Positions 9,891-19,876 of a stretch of DNA of 64,000 nt are shown piece by piece; within the stretch, counting starts at the first letter, position 1, and each line of letters starts with the position of its first letter. Position numbers and translations under genes: made by a program. Source of the stretch: an uncultured delta proteobacterium. Lineage in GTDB: Bacteria; Myxococcota_A; Polyangia; Palsa-1104. The stretch lies in the NCBI GenBank assembly GCA_963785725.1, contig CAWAWS010000008.1, positions 32,001-96,000 of the forward strand, given 5' to 3'. Below the pieces are notes generated by a model. The model made no database searches and was not told the DNA's origin. It was given only the letters and a program-made list of their open reading frames with translations.

Positions 9891-12769
9891 GCGGCGCCGC
9901 GGCGACCGCGGAGGCCGGCGATGCGAGCGCGTCGCGGCCGCCCTCGTTCATCGTCGGCGTCGGCGCGTCCGCCGGCGGGCTCGACGCGGTGGCGGCGCTG
10001 CTCACGACCTTGCGGCACGACTCGATGGCGGTGGTCGTCGTGCAGCACATGTCGCCGGCGGACGAGCGCGCGCTGGCGCAGCTGCTCGCGCGCGCCACGC
10101 CGTTCGCGGTGACGACGGCGGTCGACGGTGCGAGCGTCGTCGCGCACCACGTCTATCTCATTCCGCCCAATGCATCCTTGTCGATCGCGCTCGGCAAGCT
10201 GCAGCTGTCGGAGCCGCGCGACCGCGGCGCCATCGACCTCTTCTTTCGCGCGCTGGCCGAGGATCAGCGGCAACGCGCCATCGGCGTCGTCTTGTCGGGC
10301 ACCGGCAGCGACGGCACGCTCGGCCTGCAGGCGATCAAAGAGGCGGGCGGCATCACCTTCGTGGAGCAGCCGGAGCCGGCGCGCGGCGACGAGCTGCCGC
10401 GCGCGGCCTGCGACAGCGGCTGGGCCGACTACTGCGGCAGCCCCGCCGAGATCGGCCACGCGCTGCTCGAGATCGGCCGGCACCCGTATCTCGCCAGTCG
10501 GCAGCAGGAAGCGATCGTCGACGACAACGGGCTGCGCGAGCTGTTGACCGAGCTGCGCAACGCCTTCGGTCACGATCTGACGCAGTACAAGTCGAGCACG
10601 ATCGAGCGGCGCGCCGAGCGGCGCATGGCGCTGCACCAGCTCGTGCGCGTCGCGGATTACGTGGCGCTGGTGCGGTCCGATCGCGGCGAGCTGCGCGCGC
10701 TCTATCGCGATCTGCTCATCGGCGTCACCAACTTCTTTCGCGACCACGAGCCATTCGAGGCGCTGAAGAGCAAGGTGCTGCCGGCGATCGCCGCGCGCAA
10801 ACAGCCGGGCTCGGCGCTGCGCATCTGGGCGCCGGCCTGCTCGACCGGCGAAGAGGCCTATTCGCTGGCCATCGCCTGCGCCGAGCTCTTCGCAGCCGAG
10901 CCGCACGACGTGCGCATCCAGATCTTCGCCACCGACATCGACGCCGCGGCCATCGCGCGGGCGCGGCGCGGCGTCTATTCGCACAACATCGCGCTCGACG
11001 TCTCGCCCGAGCGGCTGCAGCGCTTCTTCGTCCGCACCGACAGCCACTTCCAGATCAGCCGCCGCATCCGCGACATGGTCGTCTTCTCCACGCAGGACGT
11101 CACCAGCGACGCGCCGTTCTCGCGGCTCGACCTCCTGAGCTGTCGCAATCTGCTCATCTACTTGAAGCCGGCGATGCAACAGCGCGTGCTGCGTGTGTTT
11201 CATTACGCGTTGCAGCCGCAGGGTTTCTTGCTGCTCGGCAGCTCGGAGACGGTGGGCGACTCGGCCGAGCTCTTCTCGGTCGTCGACGCCAAGAACAAGG
11301 TCTACGTCTGCAAGCACCTGGCGCTGCCGGCGTTCTTGGACGTGAACGCGGCTCGCTCGCGCGGCGAGCCCGCGCGCACGCCGCCGCCGCCGGTGCGGGC
11401 GCGGCCGGCGCTGACGTTGGCGACGCTCGCCGATCGCAAAGTGCTCGACCTCTACGGCCCGGCCGGCGTCGTCGTCAATGAGGCGCTCGACATCTTGCAT
11501 TTTCGCGGTCGCACCAGCCGCTATCTCGAGCCGACGCCGGGCGTGGCCAGCCTCAACCTCTTGCGGCTGGCGCGGTCGGAGCTGCAGGCCGACTTGCGGC
11601 GCACGACGCAGCAGGCGCTCGATCTCGACCTGCCGGCGAGCGTGACGAGCCGCTTGTGCCACGGCGAGACGCGCAGCGAGTTCAAGCTGGAGGTGCTGAC
11701 GGTCGTCGATCCGGAGACGAATGCGCGCTGTCTGCTCGTGCTGTTCCACGAGCCGCACGCGACCGAGGCGCTGCCGCCGACGGTTCGGCCGCTCGATCCG
11801 GCGCTGGACCATCGCGTCAAGGACCTCGAGCTCGAGCTGCGCTTGACCAAAGAGAGCCTGCAAAGCTCCATCGACGACTTGCAAGGCAGCAACGAGGCGC
11901 TCGAGTCGTCGAACGAAGAGCTGCAGTCGTCGATCGAGGAGCTGCAGAGCACGAATGAAGAGCTGGAGACGTCCAAAGAGCAGATTCAGGCGACCAACGA
12001 AGAGCTGATGACCGTCAACGAAGAGCTGCAGAATCGCATGGCCGAGCTGCAGCAGACCAACGACGACCTGCACAACGTGCTCACCGGCGTCGAGAACGCG
12101 GTCGTCATCGTCGGGCGCGATCTGCGCATTCGTCGCTTCACGGCGGCGGCGGAGCGGCTGCTCGGCGTTCGCGCGGTCGACATCGGGCGGCCCATCGGCG
12201 TGCTCGAGCGCTTCGTCGGCGGGCTGCGGCTCGACGCGTTCACGGACGAGGTCATGGAGTCGCTGCGACTGTCGGAGCAGGAGGTGCAGTGCGCCGACGG
12301 CCGCTGGTACCTCTTGCGCATCCTGCCCTACAAGACGCAGGAGAACTCGATCAACGGCGCCGTCATCGTGTGGAGCGACATCGACGTGCGCAAGCGCTCG
12401 TCGCGCCTGGGCGAGGACGTCGCCGCCTACGCCAGCAACTTCCTCGAGCCCATCAACCAGGCGCTGGCCATCGTCGACGGGCGACAGCGCATCGTCTGGG
12501 TCAACGAGCAGTTCTATCGCCTGTTCGGCGTCATCGCCGAGGAGACGATCAACGGCCCGCTCTCGGCGGTGCCCGGCGGTCGCTGGGACGCGTCCGACCT
12601 CACGGCGCTCTTGGCCACCGCAGCGGCGACGGGCGACAGCTTTCACGACGCGCGCCTCGTGCACTGCGGGGCCGACGGCGGCGAGCGCGCCCTGTCGGTC
12701 GGCGGCAGCCGCATTCCTCGGCTGCGCGACGACGCGCAGCTCATCCTCTTGTCCTTCGAGGTGCGCTGA
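9887..12769 (+). CDS. CheB methylesterase-CheR methyltransferase fusion with coiled coil and PAS domains
   Basis: CheB motifs GASAGG, VQHM, GTGSDG; CheR motifs [37 protein letters not shown] repeats; C-terminal PAS. Confidence 0.92.
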   Translation: MSGAAATAEAGDASASRPPSFIVGVGASAGGLDAVAALLTTLRHDSMAVVVVQHMSPADERALAQLLARATPFAVTTAVDGASVVAHHVYLIPPNASLSIALGKLQLSEPRDRGAIDLFFRALAEDQRQRAIGVVLSGTGSDGTLGLQAIKEAGGITFVEQPEPARGDELPRAACDSGWADYCGSPAEIGHALLEIGRHPYLASRQQEAIVDDNGLRELLTELRNAFGHDLTQYKSSTIERRAERRMALHQLVRVADYVALVRSDRGELRALYRDLLIGVTNFFRDHEPFEALKSKVLPAIAARKQPGSALRIWAPACSTGEEAYSLAIACAELFAAEPHDVRIQIFATDIDAAAIARARRGVYSHNIALDVSPERLQRFFVRTDSHFQISRRIRDMVVFSTQDVTSDAPFSRLDLLSCRNLLIYLKPAMQQRVLRVFHYALQPQGFLLLGSSETVGDSAELFSVVDAKNKVYVCKHLALPAFLDVNAARSRGEPARTPPPPVRARPALTLATLADRKVLDLYGPAGVVVNEALDILHFRGRTSRYLEPTPGVASLNLLRLARSELQADLRRTTQQALDLDLPASVTSRLCHGETRSEFKLEVLTVVDPETNARCLLVLFHEPHATEALPPTVRPLDPALDHRVKDLELELRLTKESLQSSIDDLQGSNEALESSNEELQSSIEELQSTNEELETSKEQIQATNEELMTVNEELQNRMAELQQTNDDLHNVLTGVENAVVIVGRDLRIRRFTAAAERLLGVRAVDIGRPIGVLERFVGGLRLDAFTDEVMESLRLSEQEVQCADGRWYLLRILPYKTQENSINGAVIVWSDIDVRKRSSRLGEDVAAYASNFLEPINQALAIVDGRQRIVWVNEQFYRLFGVIAEETINGPLSAVPGGRWDASDLTALLATAAATGDSFHDARLVHCGADGGERALSVGGSRIPRLRDDAQLILLSFEVR

Positions 12770-14613
12770 TGCCGCCGGCATTGGAAGAGTGGACCAAGGA
12801 CGAGCTCATCGCCGCCATCCGCTCGCTCGAGCGCCAGCCGTGGACGGCCGCCAACGTCGCCGATGCCGAGTCGGTGCTGCACGAGCTGCGCGTCCACCAG
12901 ATCGAGCTCGAGATGCAGAATCGCGAGCTGCGCGAGGCCCAGCAGCAGCTCGAGGAGTCCCGCAGCCGCTACGCCGACCTCTACGACCTGGCGCCGATCG
13001 GCTATTGCACGCTCGATCGGCAGGGCGTCGTGCGCGAGGCCAACCTCGAGGCGACGCGGCTGCTCGGGACCAATCGCGCCTATCTGGCGGGGCGGCCGTT
13101 GACGGCGGTCGTGAACACCGACGTGCGCCGCTTTCACGCGCATCTCGATCGCTGTTTGACGAAGCAGGAGCGCGTCACCTGCCAGCTCGAGCTCACGCGC
13201 CTGAACGAGACGAACGGCTCGACCGGCGCCGGCAGCAGCCTCATCGTGCAGATGGTGTCGACGCCGATCGCCCAAGTGGGCGCCAAGGCGACGCTGTGCA
13301 TGACGGCCTTGACCGACGTCTCGGAGCTGAAGAGCTCGGAGCGCCGGCTGCGCCTGTTGTCGTTGGTGAGCGAGCGGCTGGGGGCCTCGCTCGACTACCG
13401 CGCCAGCTTGCCGGCGGTGGCGGCGCTGGTGGTGCCGCTGTTGGCCGACCTCGCGTTCATCGACGTGGTGGCGGTCGGCGACAGCCAGCCTGGCGAGCGC
13501 TTCGGCCGCCTCGGCGCGCAGCCGCTCGTCGACTACGATCGCACGCCGCAAGCCGAGGTGCTGCGCACGCGCTCGCCGCTGGTGGTCGAGGGCGCGACCG
13601 GCGCGACGCTGCGCGCGGTGCTAGGCGTCTCGGCGCCGAGCGAGCGGAACGTGGCCTATGCCGAGCGCGGCGCGCTCTTGCTCTTGCCGCTCATCGCGCG
13701 CCGGCGCGCGCTCGGCGTCTTGACGTTGGTGCTGGCGCCGTCGAGCCGCGGCTATTCGGCCGCCGAGCTGCAGCTCGGCTACGAGGTCGCGGCGCGGGTG
13801 GCGATGGCGCTCGAGAACGCGCAGCTCTACGAAGGCGCGCAAGAGGCGATCCGCGCGCGCGAGGACATCGTGGCCGTGGTCTCGCACGATCTGCACAACC
13901 CGCTGCATGGCATGCGGCTCAACTGCGATTACCTGCTCGAGATCGCGCAAGCCGACGGTCAGCGCGCCGGTCGCCAGCAGCTGGAGGCGATTCGACGCGG
14001 CATCGACCGCATGTGGCAGATGATCCGCCAGCTGTCGGAGATGGCGCGCATCGAGGCCGGTCACCTGACGCTCGAGCGCGGCGTCCATTCGGTGGACGCG
14101 CTCGTGGGCGATGCGCTCGACCTCTTGCGCCCGCTGGCGGAGAAGAAGCGGCTGTCGATCGAGCCGCCGTCGCCGCAGCCGTCGCTGGCGGTCTCGGCCG
14201 ATCGCGATCGCGTGCTGCAGGTGCTCTCCAACCTCCTCGGCAACGCGCTCAAGTTTTCGCCCGCCGGCGAGCGCGTCACCATCGCCGTGACCGTCGACGG
14301 CGCGCGCGGCGTCGCCCGCGTGGCCGTGACCGATCGCGGGCCCGGCATCGCGCCGGCGCAGCTGAGCCACATCTTCGAGCGCTATTGGCGCAGCGAGGAG
14401 CGACGGCGCGGCGGCAGCGGTCTCGGCCTCTACATCGCCAAGTCGATCGTCGACGCGCATGGCGGCCAGATTGGCGTCGACAGCGAGCTCGACCGGGGCA
14501 CGACCGTGTGGTTCACGCTGCCGATCGCGCCCGCTGTCGCGCCGGCGCCGCCAGCGCGACGGCGTGAAGCGCCGGACGCGCCGGCGGCCGTCATCGACCA
14601 CGAGCACAGCTAA
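12769..14613 (+). CDS. PAS/GAF sensor histidine kinase
   Basis: ATG overlaps the upstream TGA; VHQIELEMQN..LYDLAPIGY; VSHDLHNP H-box; NLLGNALKF; DRGPG; GSGLGL. Confidence 0.92.
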   Translation: MPPALEEWTKDELIAAIRSLERQPWTAANVADAESVLHELRVHQIELEMQNRELREAQQQLEESRSRYADLYDLAPIGYCTLDRQGVVREANLEATRLLGTNRAYLAGRPLTAVVNTDVRRFHAHLDRCLTKQERVTCQLELTRLNETNGSTGAGSSLIVQMVSTPIAQVGAKATLCMTALTDVSELKSSERRLRLLSLVSERLGASLDYRASLPAVAALVVPLLADLAFIDVVAVGDSQPGERFGRLGAQPLVDYDRTPQAEVLRTRSPLVVEGATGATLRAVLGVSAPSERNVAYAERGALLLLPLIARRRALGVLTLVLAPSSRGYSAAELQLGYEVAARVAMALENAQLYEGAQEAIRAREDIVAVVSHDLHNPLHGMRLNCDYLLEIAQADGQRAGRQQLEAIRRGIDRMWQMIRQLSEMARIEAGHLTLERGVHSVDALVGDALDLLRPLAEKKRLSIEPPSPQPSLAVSADRDRVLQVLSNLLGNALKFSPAGERVTIAVTVDGARGVARVAVTDRGPGIAPAQLSHIFERYWRSEERRRGGSGLGLYIAKSIVDAHGGQIGVDSELDRGTTVWFTLPIAPAVAPAPPARRREAPDAPAAVIDHEHS

Positions 14614-14980
14614 AGTAGAACCCCGAACGTTCGATTGCCGTAGCGACACGCGGTGGCGGTCGAGCCGCTCGGCGGTCTGTCCAGCTGCGCGACGCGCTTG
14701 CGAAATCGACGGTCGCGGAACCCGCGCGCGCGTCCACTCGTCAAATACGCATTCTACCTGAGCGCCGAATCGCGCTGGTTGTGGCAAGGTGAATTTGCGC
14801 GAGGAGTCGGCCAATGGCGGACGGGCGGGCGGCGACGGGAGTGGGCGCGCGATCGACGGGCAAAAGGTCTTGCTCGGCACGCTGCGCGCGCGTCTCGTCG
14901 GCACCGCGCCGGCTCGGCCGCCGTCGTTGGCGAGCCCATTCGCGTTCCGTTGCGCAACTCGAACCCGCGAGGACGATCGG

Positions 14981-15346
14981 ATGAAACTAGAGGTCTTGAG
15001 GAGCGAGCGAGAGGGCCGCGATCATCACGCTCAGTGGGTTCCGCTCGACTACGCGGCGCTGCATTCGGTCCCGCCGGAAAAGCCCGCCGATCCTCCGGTC
15101 GCGCCAACGACGCTGCGGGCGATCGGCAAGGTCACGGCGTTGGCGCACGATCTGCGCCGGCAGCGACAACGGATTCGGGCCACGGTGTCCGAGGTCGATC
15201 TGTTGGCGACGTGGCTCGACGTCGTGGCCGATCTCTACGAATTCGGCGAGAGCCATCGCGAGCGCGTGGCGTACCAGCTGAAGTTTCGCGCGCGCATCCT
15301 GCATGACCAATTGCGACTGTCGCGTTGGCTCGATTGGATCGGTTGA
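14981..15346 (+). CDS. Hypothetical protein
   Basis: GAGGA then ATG at 14981; plausible helical protein; ends 5 nt before the next ATG. Confidence 0.5.
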   Translation: MKLEVLRSEREGRDHHAQWVPLDYAALHSVPPEKPADPPVAPTTLRAIGKVTALAHDLRRQRQRIRATVSEVDLLATWLDVVADLYEFGESHRERVAYQLKFRARILHDQLRLSRWLDWIG

Positions 15347-15350
15347 GCCG

Positions 15351-15794
15351 ATGGGCGCCGTCCGCGTGACGACGAGCCAGCCGAGCGCCGCGCTCGTCGA
15401 TCGGGTGCGGCGACTGCTCGTCTACGAAGGCGCCGCCGTGGCCTGCGCCGACGCCTGCGCGATCGCCGCCGAGCGCGTCCACGACAAGATCACGGCGCGG
15501 CTGAGCCCCATTCTCGGCTCCGCCGGCGTACGCGCGCTGTTCGTGCGCAGCGCGCGGCTCGTGCGCGGCCAGCTGGCGGCGCTCACCGATGGCGCGGCGC
15601 GCGACGGCTCGTTCGACTTCCGCGCGCTCTTGCGCGCCGGCGATCCCACGATGTCGCGCGAGACGGTCGAAGCGCTGTTCGCGCGCTTCTTGGCGCTGAT
15701 GACGTCGTTCATCGGCGAGCGGCTGACGACCGAGACGCTGCACGCGGCCTGGCCGACGATCGAAGAGCCGGCTCCGCCGAGCGATAAGTCCTAA
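15351..15794 (+). CDS. Conserved hypothetical helical protein
   Basis: LSPILGSAGVRALFVRS and L.SFIGERLT...L..AWP motifs. Confidence 0.7.
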   Translation: MGAVRVTTSQPSAALVDRVRRLLVYEGAAVACADACAIAAERVHDKITARLSPILGSAGVRALFVRSARLVRGQLAALTDGAARDGSFDFRALLRAGDPTMSRETVEALFARFLALMTSFIGERLTTETLHAAWPTIEEPAPPSDKS

Positions 15795-15819
15795 GTCCTC
15801 AACCGCGAAAGCACAGCGC

Positions 15820-17646
15820 TCAGTCGGCCGTCATCGCGCACGCCGCCGCGTCGCCGTGCGTCGTCGCTGCGCTCGACGGCAGCTGGCGCGGCAGGCGCAT
15901 GACGAAGGTGGTGACGCCGTCGGCCGATCGCGCCACGATCGTGCCGCCGTGCGAGAGCACGATCTGCTTGGCGATGAAGAGGCCGAGCCCGAGGTTGCCG
16001 GCGCTCGACTTCTCGCACTGCCGGCCGCGCCGAAAGGGCTCGAAGATCGTCGGCAATAGCTCGGCGGGGATGGGATTGCCCTCGTTGCTGATCTCGATGA
16101 CGACGTCGTTGCCTTCGGAGTAGGCGTGCAGACCGAGCGGAGTGCCCGGCTGCGCGTGCTCGATGGCGTTGCCGAGGATGTTCGACAGCAGCTCGACGAG
16201 CCGATCGGCGTCCCACACGCCGGTGACGTCGCCGTCGATGGCGAGCTCGATCGGGTGGTCGAACTCTTCGACGACGCAGCGACAGAGCTCGCGCAGATCG
16301 GTCGGCTTGCCGTCGAGCGGGAAGCCGCCGCCGAGGCGCGCCCGCGTCAAGTCGAGCAGCTGCGAGATCATCCGTGTCATGCGCTCCGAGCCGTGGATGA
16401 TGCGCGACAGCGACTTGTCGTCGCGCTCGTCGAGCTTGGCGTGGCGGCGGATGAGCGTGGCCGCCAGCGTGATCGACGACAACGGCGTGCGCAGATCGTG
16501 GCCCACGATGCCGATGAACAGCTCGCGAAACTCGGCCACTTGGCGCAGCTCGCGCTCGCGCTCCTCGGTGAGCGCGCGCGCCGCTTCGGCCGCCTCGGTC
16601 AGCTCGAGCGCGTGGATCGTCGCGCCCACCATCTCCTCGTTGGCCTCGCGCAGGTCGTGCAGCGCGCGGCGGGCGCTCTCGTGCAGCTGCGCATTTTCGA
16701 CGGCCAGCGCCGCGCGCGCCGCCACCTCTTGCGCCAAGCTGAGGTCGGCTTCGCCGTAGCGCCGGCCGGCGTCGGTCGAGATGAGCACCAGCGAGCCCAA
16801 CGGCTCGCCGTGCGCCAAGAGCGGCACCACCATGAGCGACTGCGGGCCGAGATCGTGAATGGCGGCGACGAAGCGCGGGTCGCGCGAGAGCGAGGCGAGA
16901 TCGGCGGGCGCGACGCTGGGCAAGAGATGCGGCTGCTGCGCGTCCGCCGGCGACAGGGCGAGGCGAGCGCGGGCGAGATCGGCCGTCAGGACGCGCAGCC
17001 GCTCGCACAGCGCCGCCTGGCTCGGATCGCGGTGCCGCACTTCGACGCGCTCGGCGCGCTCGCCGGCCGCCACCACGTCGACGATGCAGCAGTCCGCCAG
17101 CTCGGGCACGATCATGCGCGCCACCGTCGCCAGCGTCGCGTCTTGATCGAGGAAGGTGTCCATGAGCGCGGCGCCGAGGCCGGCCAAGAGCTCGCTCGCC
17201 CGCTCGCGCTGCAGCTGCTCGGTGATGTCGCGCAAGACGACCGTGAACAGCTGGACGCCTTCGATGTCGAGCTTGGAGATGGCGGCTTGTGCGGAAAATT
17301 CCCGGCCGTCCTTGCGCACGCAGGTGATGGCCGGCATGCGCTCGCCCATGCGCCGCGCCGTGACGTCGCCGGCGCCGAACTGCCGCACCAGCTGGCCGTG
17401 GGTGCGACCGAAGCGCAGCGGCATGAGCAGCGTCAACGGCTGCCCCATCGCCTCCGCCGCCGTCCAGCCGAAGATCGCCTCGGCGCCGCGGTTGTACATG
17501 ATGATCCGCTGCGCGTCGTCGATGGAGATGATGGCCTCGGCGGCGATGCCGATGATACCGCGCAGCTTGGCCTCGGAGATGCGCAAGGCGTCCTCGGCCT
17601 CCTTGCGCGCGGCGACGTCGATGCTCCGAAGCTCCGACTCCGTCAT
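15820..17646 (-). CDS. PAS/GAF sensor histidine kinase
   Basis: GAGGAG RBS; PAS (YNRGAEAIFGW); GAF; GHDLRTP H-box; NILGNAIEH; GNLGLGLFI. Confidence 0.92.
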   Translation of the reverse strand: MTESELRSIDVAARKEAEDALRISEAKLRGIIGIAAEAIISIDDAQRIIMYNRGAEAIFGWTAAEAMGQPLTLLMPLRFGRTHGQLVRQFGAGDVTARRMGERMPAITCVRKDGREFSAQAAISKLDIEGVQLFTVVLRDITEQLQRERASELLAGLGAALMDTFLDQDATLATVARMIVPELADCCIVDVVAAGERAERVEVRHRDPSQAALCERLRVLTADLARARLALSPADAQQPHLLPSVAPADLASLSRDPRFVAAIHDLGPQSLMVVPLLAHGEPLGSLVLISTDAGRRYGEADLSLAQEVAARAALAVENAQLHESARRALHDLREANEEMVGATIHALELTEAAEAARALTEERERELRQVAEFRELFIGIVGHDLRTPLSSITLAATLIRRHAKLDERDDKSLSRIIHGSERMTRMISQLLDLTRARLGGGFPLDGKPTDLRELCRCVVEEFDHPIELAIDGDVTGVWDADRLVELLSNILGNAIEHAQPGTPLGLHAYSEGNDVVIEISNEGNPIPAELLPTIFEPFRRGRQCEKSSAGNLGLGLFIAKQIVLSHGGTIVARSADGVTTFVMRLPRQLPSSAATTHGDAAACAMTAD

Positions 17647-17898
17647 GTGCTCCTCGCTACTTTACCGAGCCCAGCTGCCCGATGCGCGCGGCGACGACGG
17701 TCGTCTCGGTGTGGCCCCGATCGATCGCAGCGGCCGACCGGCGCCACACGGCAAGCGCCGCCTCGTCAAGTGTAACGCTCGCTCGCAACGCGCGCAGCGA
17801 CAAAGTCGACCGCGCGGAGAATTACGGTATCGAACTGTCACGCCGTCAGCCGAAGCGCGACACGAGCGCGCCGGTGCAGGATTCGCGTTCGGGCGCAG

Positions 17899-18312
17899 TC
17901 ACTGGTGACGGGGCGCGTTCGCGTCGTGAACGGCTTGCGAGATCGGCGGCGTGCCGAAATATTGGCGGACATGAGCGGCCAGCTGCCTGTCGGTCGGGTG
18001 ATCGACCGTCTCCACGCCGACGATGCCGAACGTCAACATCACCGAGTGCGCGTTGACGTAGTCGCAAAAGTGCAGCTTCTCGTCCGCCGGGCCCATGACG
18101 AGCACGCTGTCGACGCCGGCCAGCGACTGCGCGATGGCGGCGAAGAAGCGGTGCTCGTCTTGCGGATGATTGTGCGGCTGCGCTTCGTAGCGCGGATGGC
18201 GCAAGACGTGGGCGGGCGCGCTGACGAGCGAGGTCGTGAACGTCTCCGGCTCGACATGAAAGACGTGCGCCTCTCGATGATCGATCCAAACGGCCGCTCG
18301 ATGAATCTCCAT
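17899..18312 (-). CDS. eRF1-like 'translational machinery' (host-attachment/baeRF-related) small protein
   Basis: AAVWIDHREAHVF, VLVMGPADEK and VETVDHPTDRQLAA motifs; GAGGTG RBS. Confidence 0.75.
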   Translation of the reverse strand: MEIHRAAVWIDHREAHVFHVEPETFTTSLVSAPAHVLRHPRYEAQPHNHPQDEHRFFAAIAQSLAGVDSVLVMGPADEKLHFCDYVNAHSVMLTFGIVGVETVDHPTDRQLAAHVRQYFGTPPISQAVHDANAPRHQ

Positions 18313-18355
18313 GTGACACCTCGCTTTCGCATCCATGCGCATGACGAAGATCAGA

Positions 18356-18371
18356 AGCAATCGACGGGCCT
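18356..18371 (-). promoter_or_regulatory. Putative sigma54 promoter for the eRF1-like gene
   Basis: Minus strand reads AGGCCCGTCGATTGCT (GG-N10-GC with TTGC), about 45 nt upstream of the start. Confidence 0.45.
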
Positions 18372-18637
18372 GCCGTCTTCATGACGAATGTTAGTCGTCG
18401 CCGACCAAGCGCAATCGGGCGCCGGCGAGCCAGCGTCGGATTCGGCTCGGCGTGCAGGATTCACGGTAGGCGCGCTACGTCGATCGCGGTGCTCGGCCGA
18501 GCGGCCGGCGACGCGCGAGCGCGACCAGCGGCCGGCCGCTGCGACCGTCGCACGCGTATTTGCACGGCTTACGCGCGGTTGCGCACGTGTGTCGGCGCGC
18601 ACCGACGTTTCAGGCGCCGCCCTGTTAGACATTGGAG

Positions 18638-19876
18638 ATGCGTCATCCTCTGGTCTGCGCGGCCCTCATCGGGCTCGCCGGTTGCAGCCACGCTCCGCCG
18701 CCGCCCGTCGCCAAAGTCACGCCCGCCAAGCCCGGCGCGCTCGACGCCACGGAGACGGCGAACGCCATGCTGGCGCGCGAAGCGACCGGCCTTGTGCCGA
18801 TCGCGATCCGCTCCGGCGACGGCGAGCTGCAGCTGACGGTGACGGCCAAGGGCACGCCCAAGCTGGAGCCGCTGCCGGGCAAGCAGCACTTCATGCTCAC
18901 CGTCCCCATCGGCACGCAGCAGGCCATCTACTGCCGGCTCGGGCCGACGCAGGATCTGGCCGCCGGCACGCTGTCGGCGCGCGCCGACGTGAACAAGCTG
19001 CCGCACCGGCAGATCACCGACGTCAACGGCGGCGCGCTCAACGGCGCCGCCTTCTTGTCGACGCGCACCATCTACTCGTTCGAGCGCGACGGCGTCAAGC
19101 AGTGGGGCGAGGTCAAGACGGCCGCCGCCGAGCGCGGCTTCGAGTTCTCGGCCATCTGCGTGCACGACGAGGTCGGCTACGCCGCGACGTTGCACGACGT
19201 CTTGGGCTCGCTCGTGCAGTCCGGGACGTTCGTCGGCGCCGCCACCTCGCCCGCCTATCGCGAGCTGTCGAGCATCACGCTGGCCGGCAAGATCGTCGGC
19301 ATCTCGCAGTCGCAGCTGGTGCGCGCGGACGACGGGCGGCTGTGGAGCTACGTCGACACGGCGATGCTGATCCCGGCGTCGCCGCTCGATTTCCAAGGCC
19401 ACGACAACTTCGAGAGCGAGACCAGCGACAGCGCCGGCAACGTGCTCAGCGCGACGCACATCGCCAGTCAGGGTGAAGGCGAGCTGCAGTACAAGCTGAA
19501 GCTGACGCGCACGCCGAAGGGCTATCACGTCGACGGGGAGTTCGGCGGCAAGCGGGTGGACGCCGAGATCGCGTCGGCCGAGGCGCTGACCGCCGCCGAT
19601 CGCGCCGCGCGCCTGACGCGCGAGCTGATGGCCGGCAAGCGCCGCGACGTCGTCTTGCCGCACTACGCGCCGAGCGCCGATCCGCTCGGGTTCGCGCAGT
19701 CGACGGTGACGCCCAGCGGCGACAAGGAGCTGCCCTATCGCCGCGAGGACAGCGACAAGACGGTCTCGCTGGTCGACGTCGACGACAACGGCAACGGCCG
19801 GCGCGGGCGCATGCAAGTGGGCCCGTTGACGCTCGAGATCGCGCGGACGGCGGAATATGGCCACTTTCCCCAGTAG
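18638..19876 (+). CDS. Hypothetical lipoprotein
   Basis: MRHPLVCAALIGLAGC lipobox; strong codon bias; overlaps the next gene. Confidence 0.75.
   Translation: MRHPLVCAALIGLAGCSHAPPPPVAKVTPAKPGALDATETANAMLAREATGLVPIAIRSGDGELQLTVTAKGTPKLEPLPGKQHFMLTVPIGTQQAIYCRLGPTQDLAAGTLSARADVNKLPHRQITDVNGGALNGAAFLSTRTIYSFERDGVKQWGEVKTAAAERGFEFSAICVHDEVGYAATLHDVLGSLVQSGTFVGAATSPAYRELSSITLAGKIVGISQSQLVRADDGRLWSYVDTAMLIPASPLDFQGHDNFESETSDSAGNVLSATHIASQGEGELQYKLKLTRTPKGYHVDGEFGGKRVDAEIASAEALTAADRAARLTRELMAGKRRDVVLPHYAPSADPLGFAQSTVTPSGDKELPYRREDSDKTVSLVDVDDNGNGRRGRMQVGPLTLEIARTAEYGHFPQ

Noticed and set aside
9656..12781. Very long antisense ORFs (also 49398-52829, 58612-61719, 20745-23318, 55658-58219)
   Set aside because: Shadow frames of real high-GC genes; Arg/Ala-rich with no family motifs
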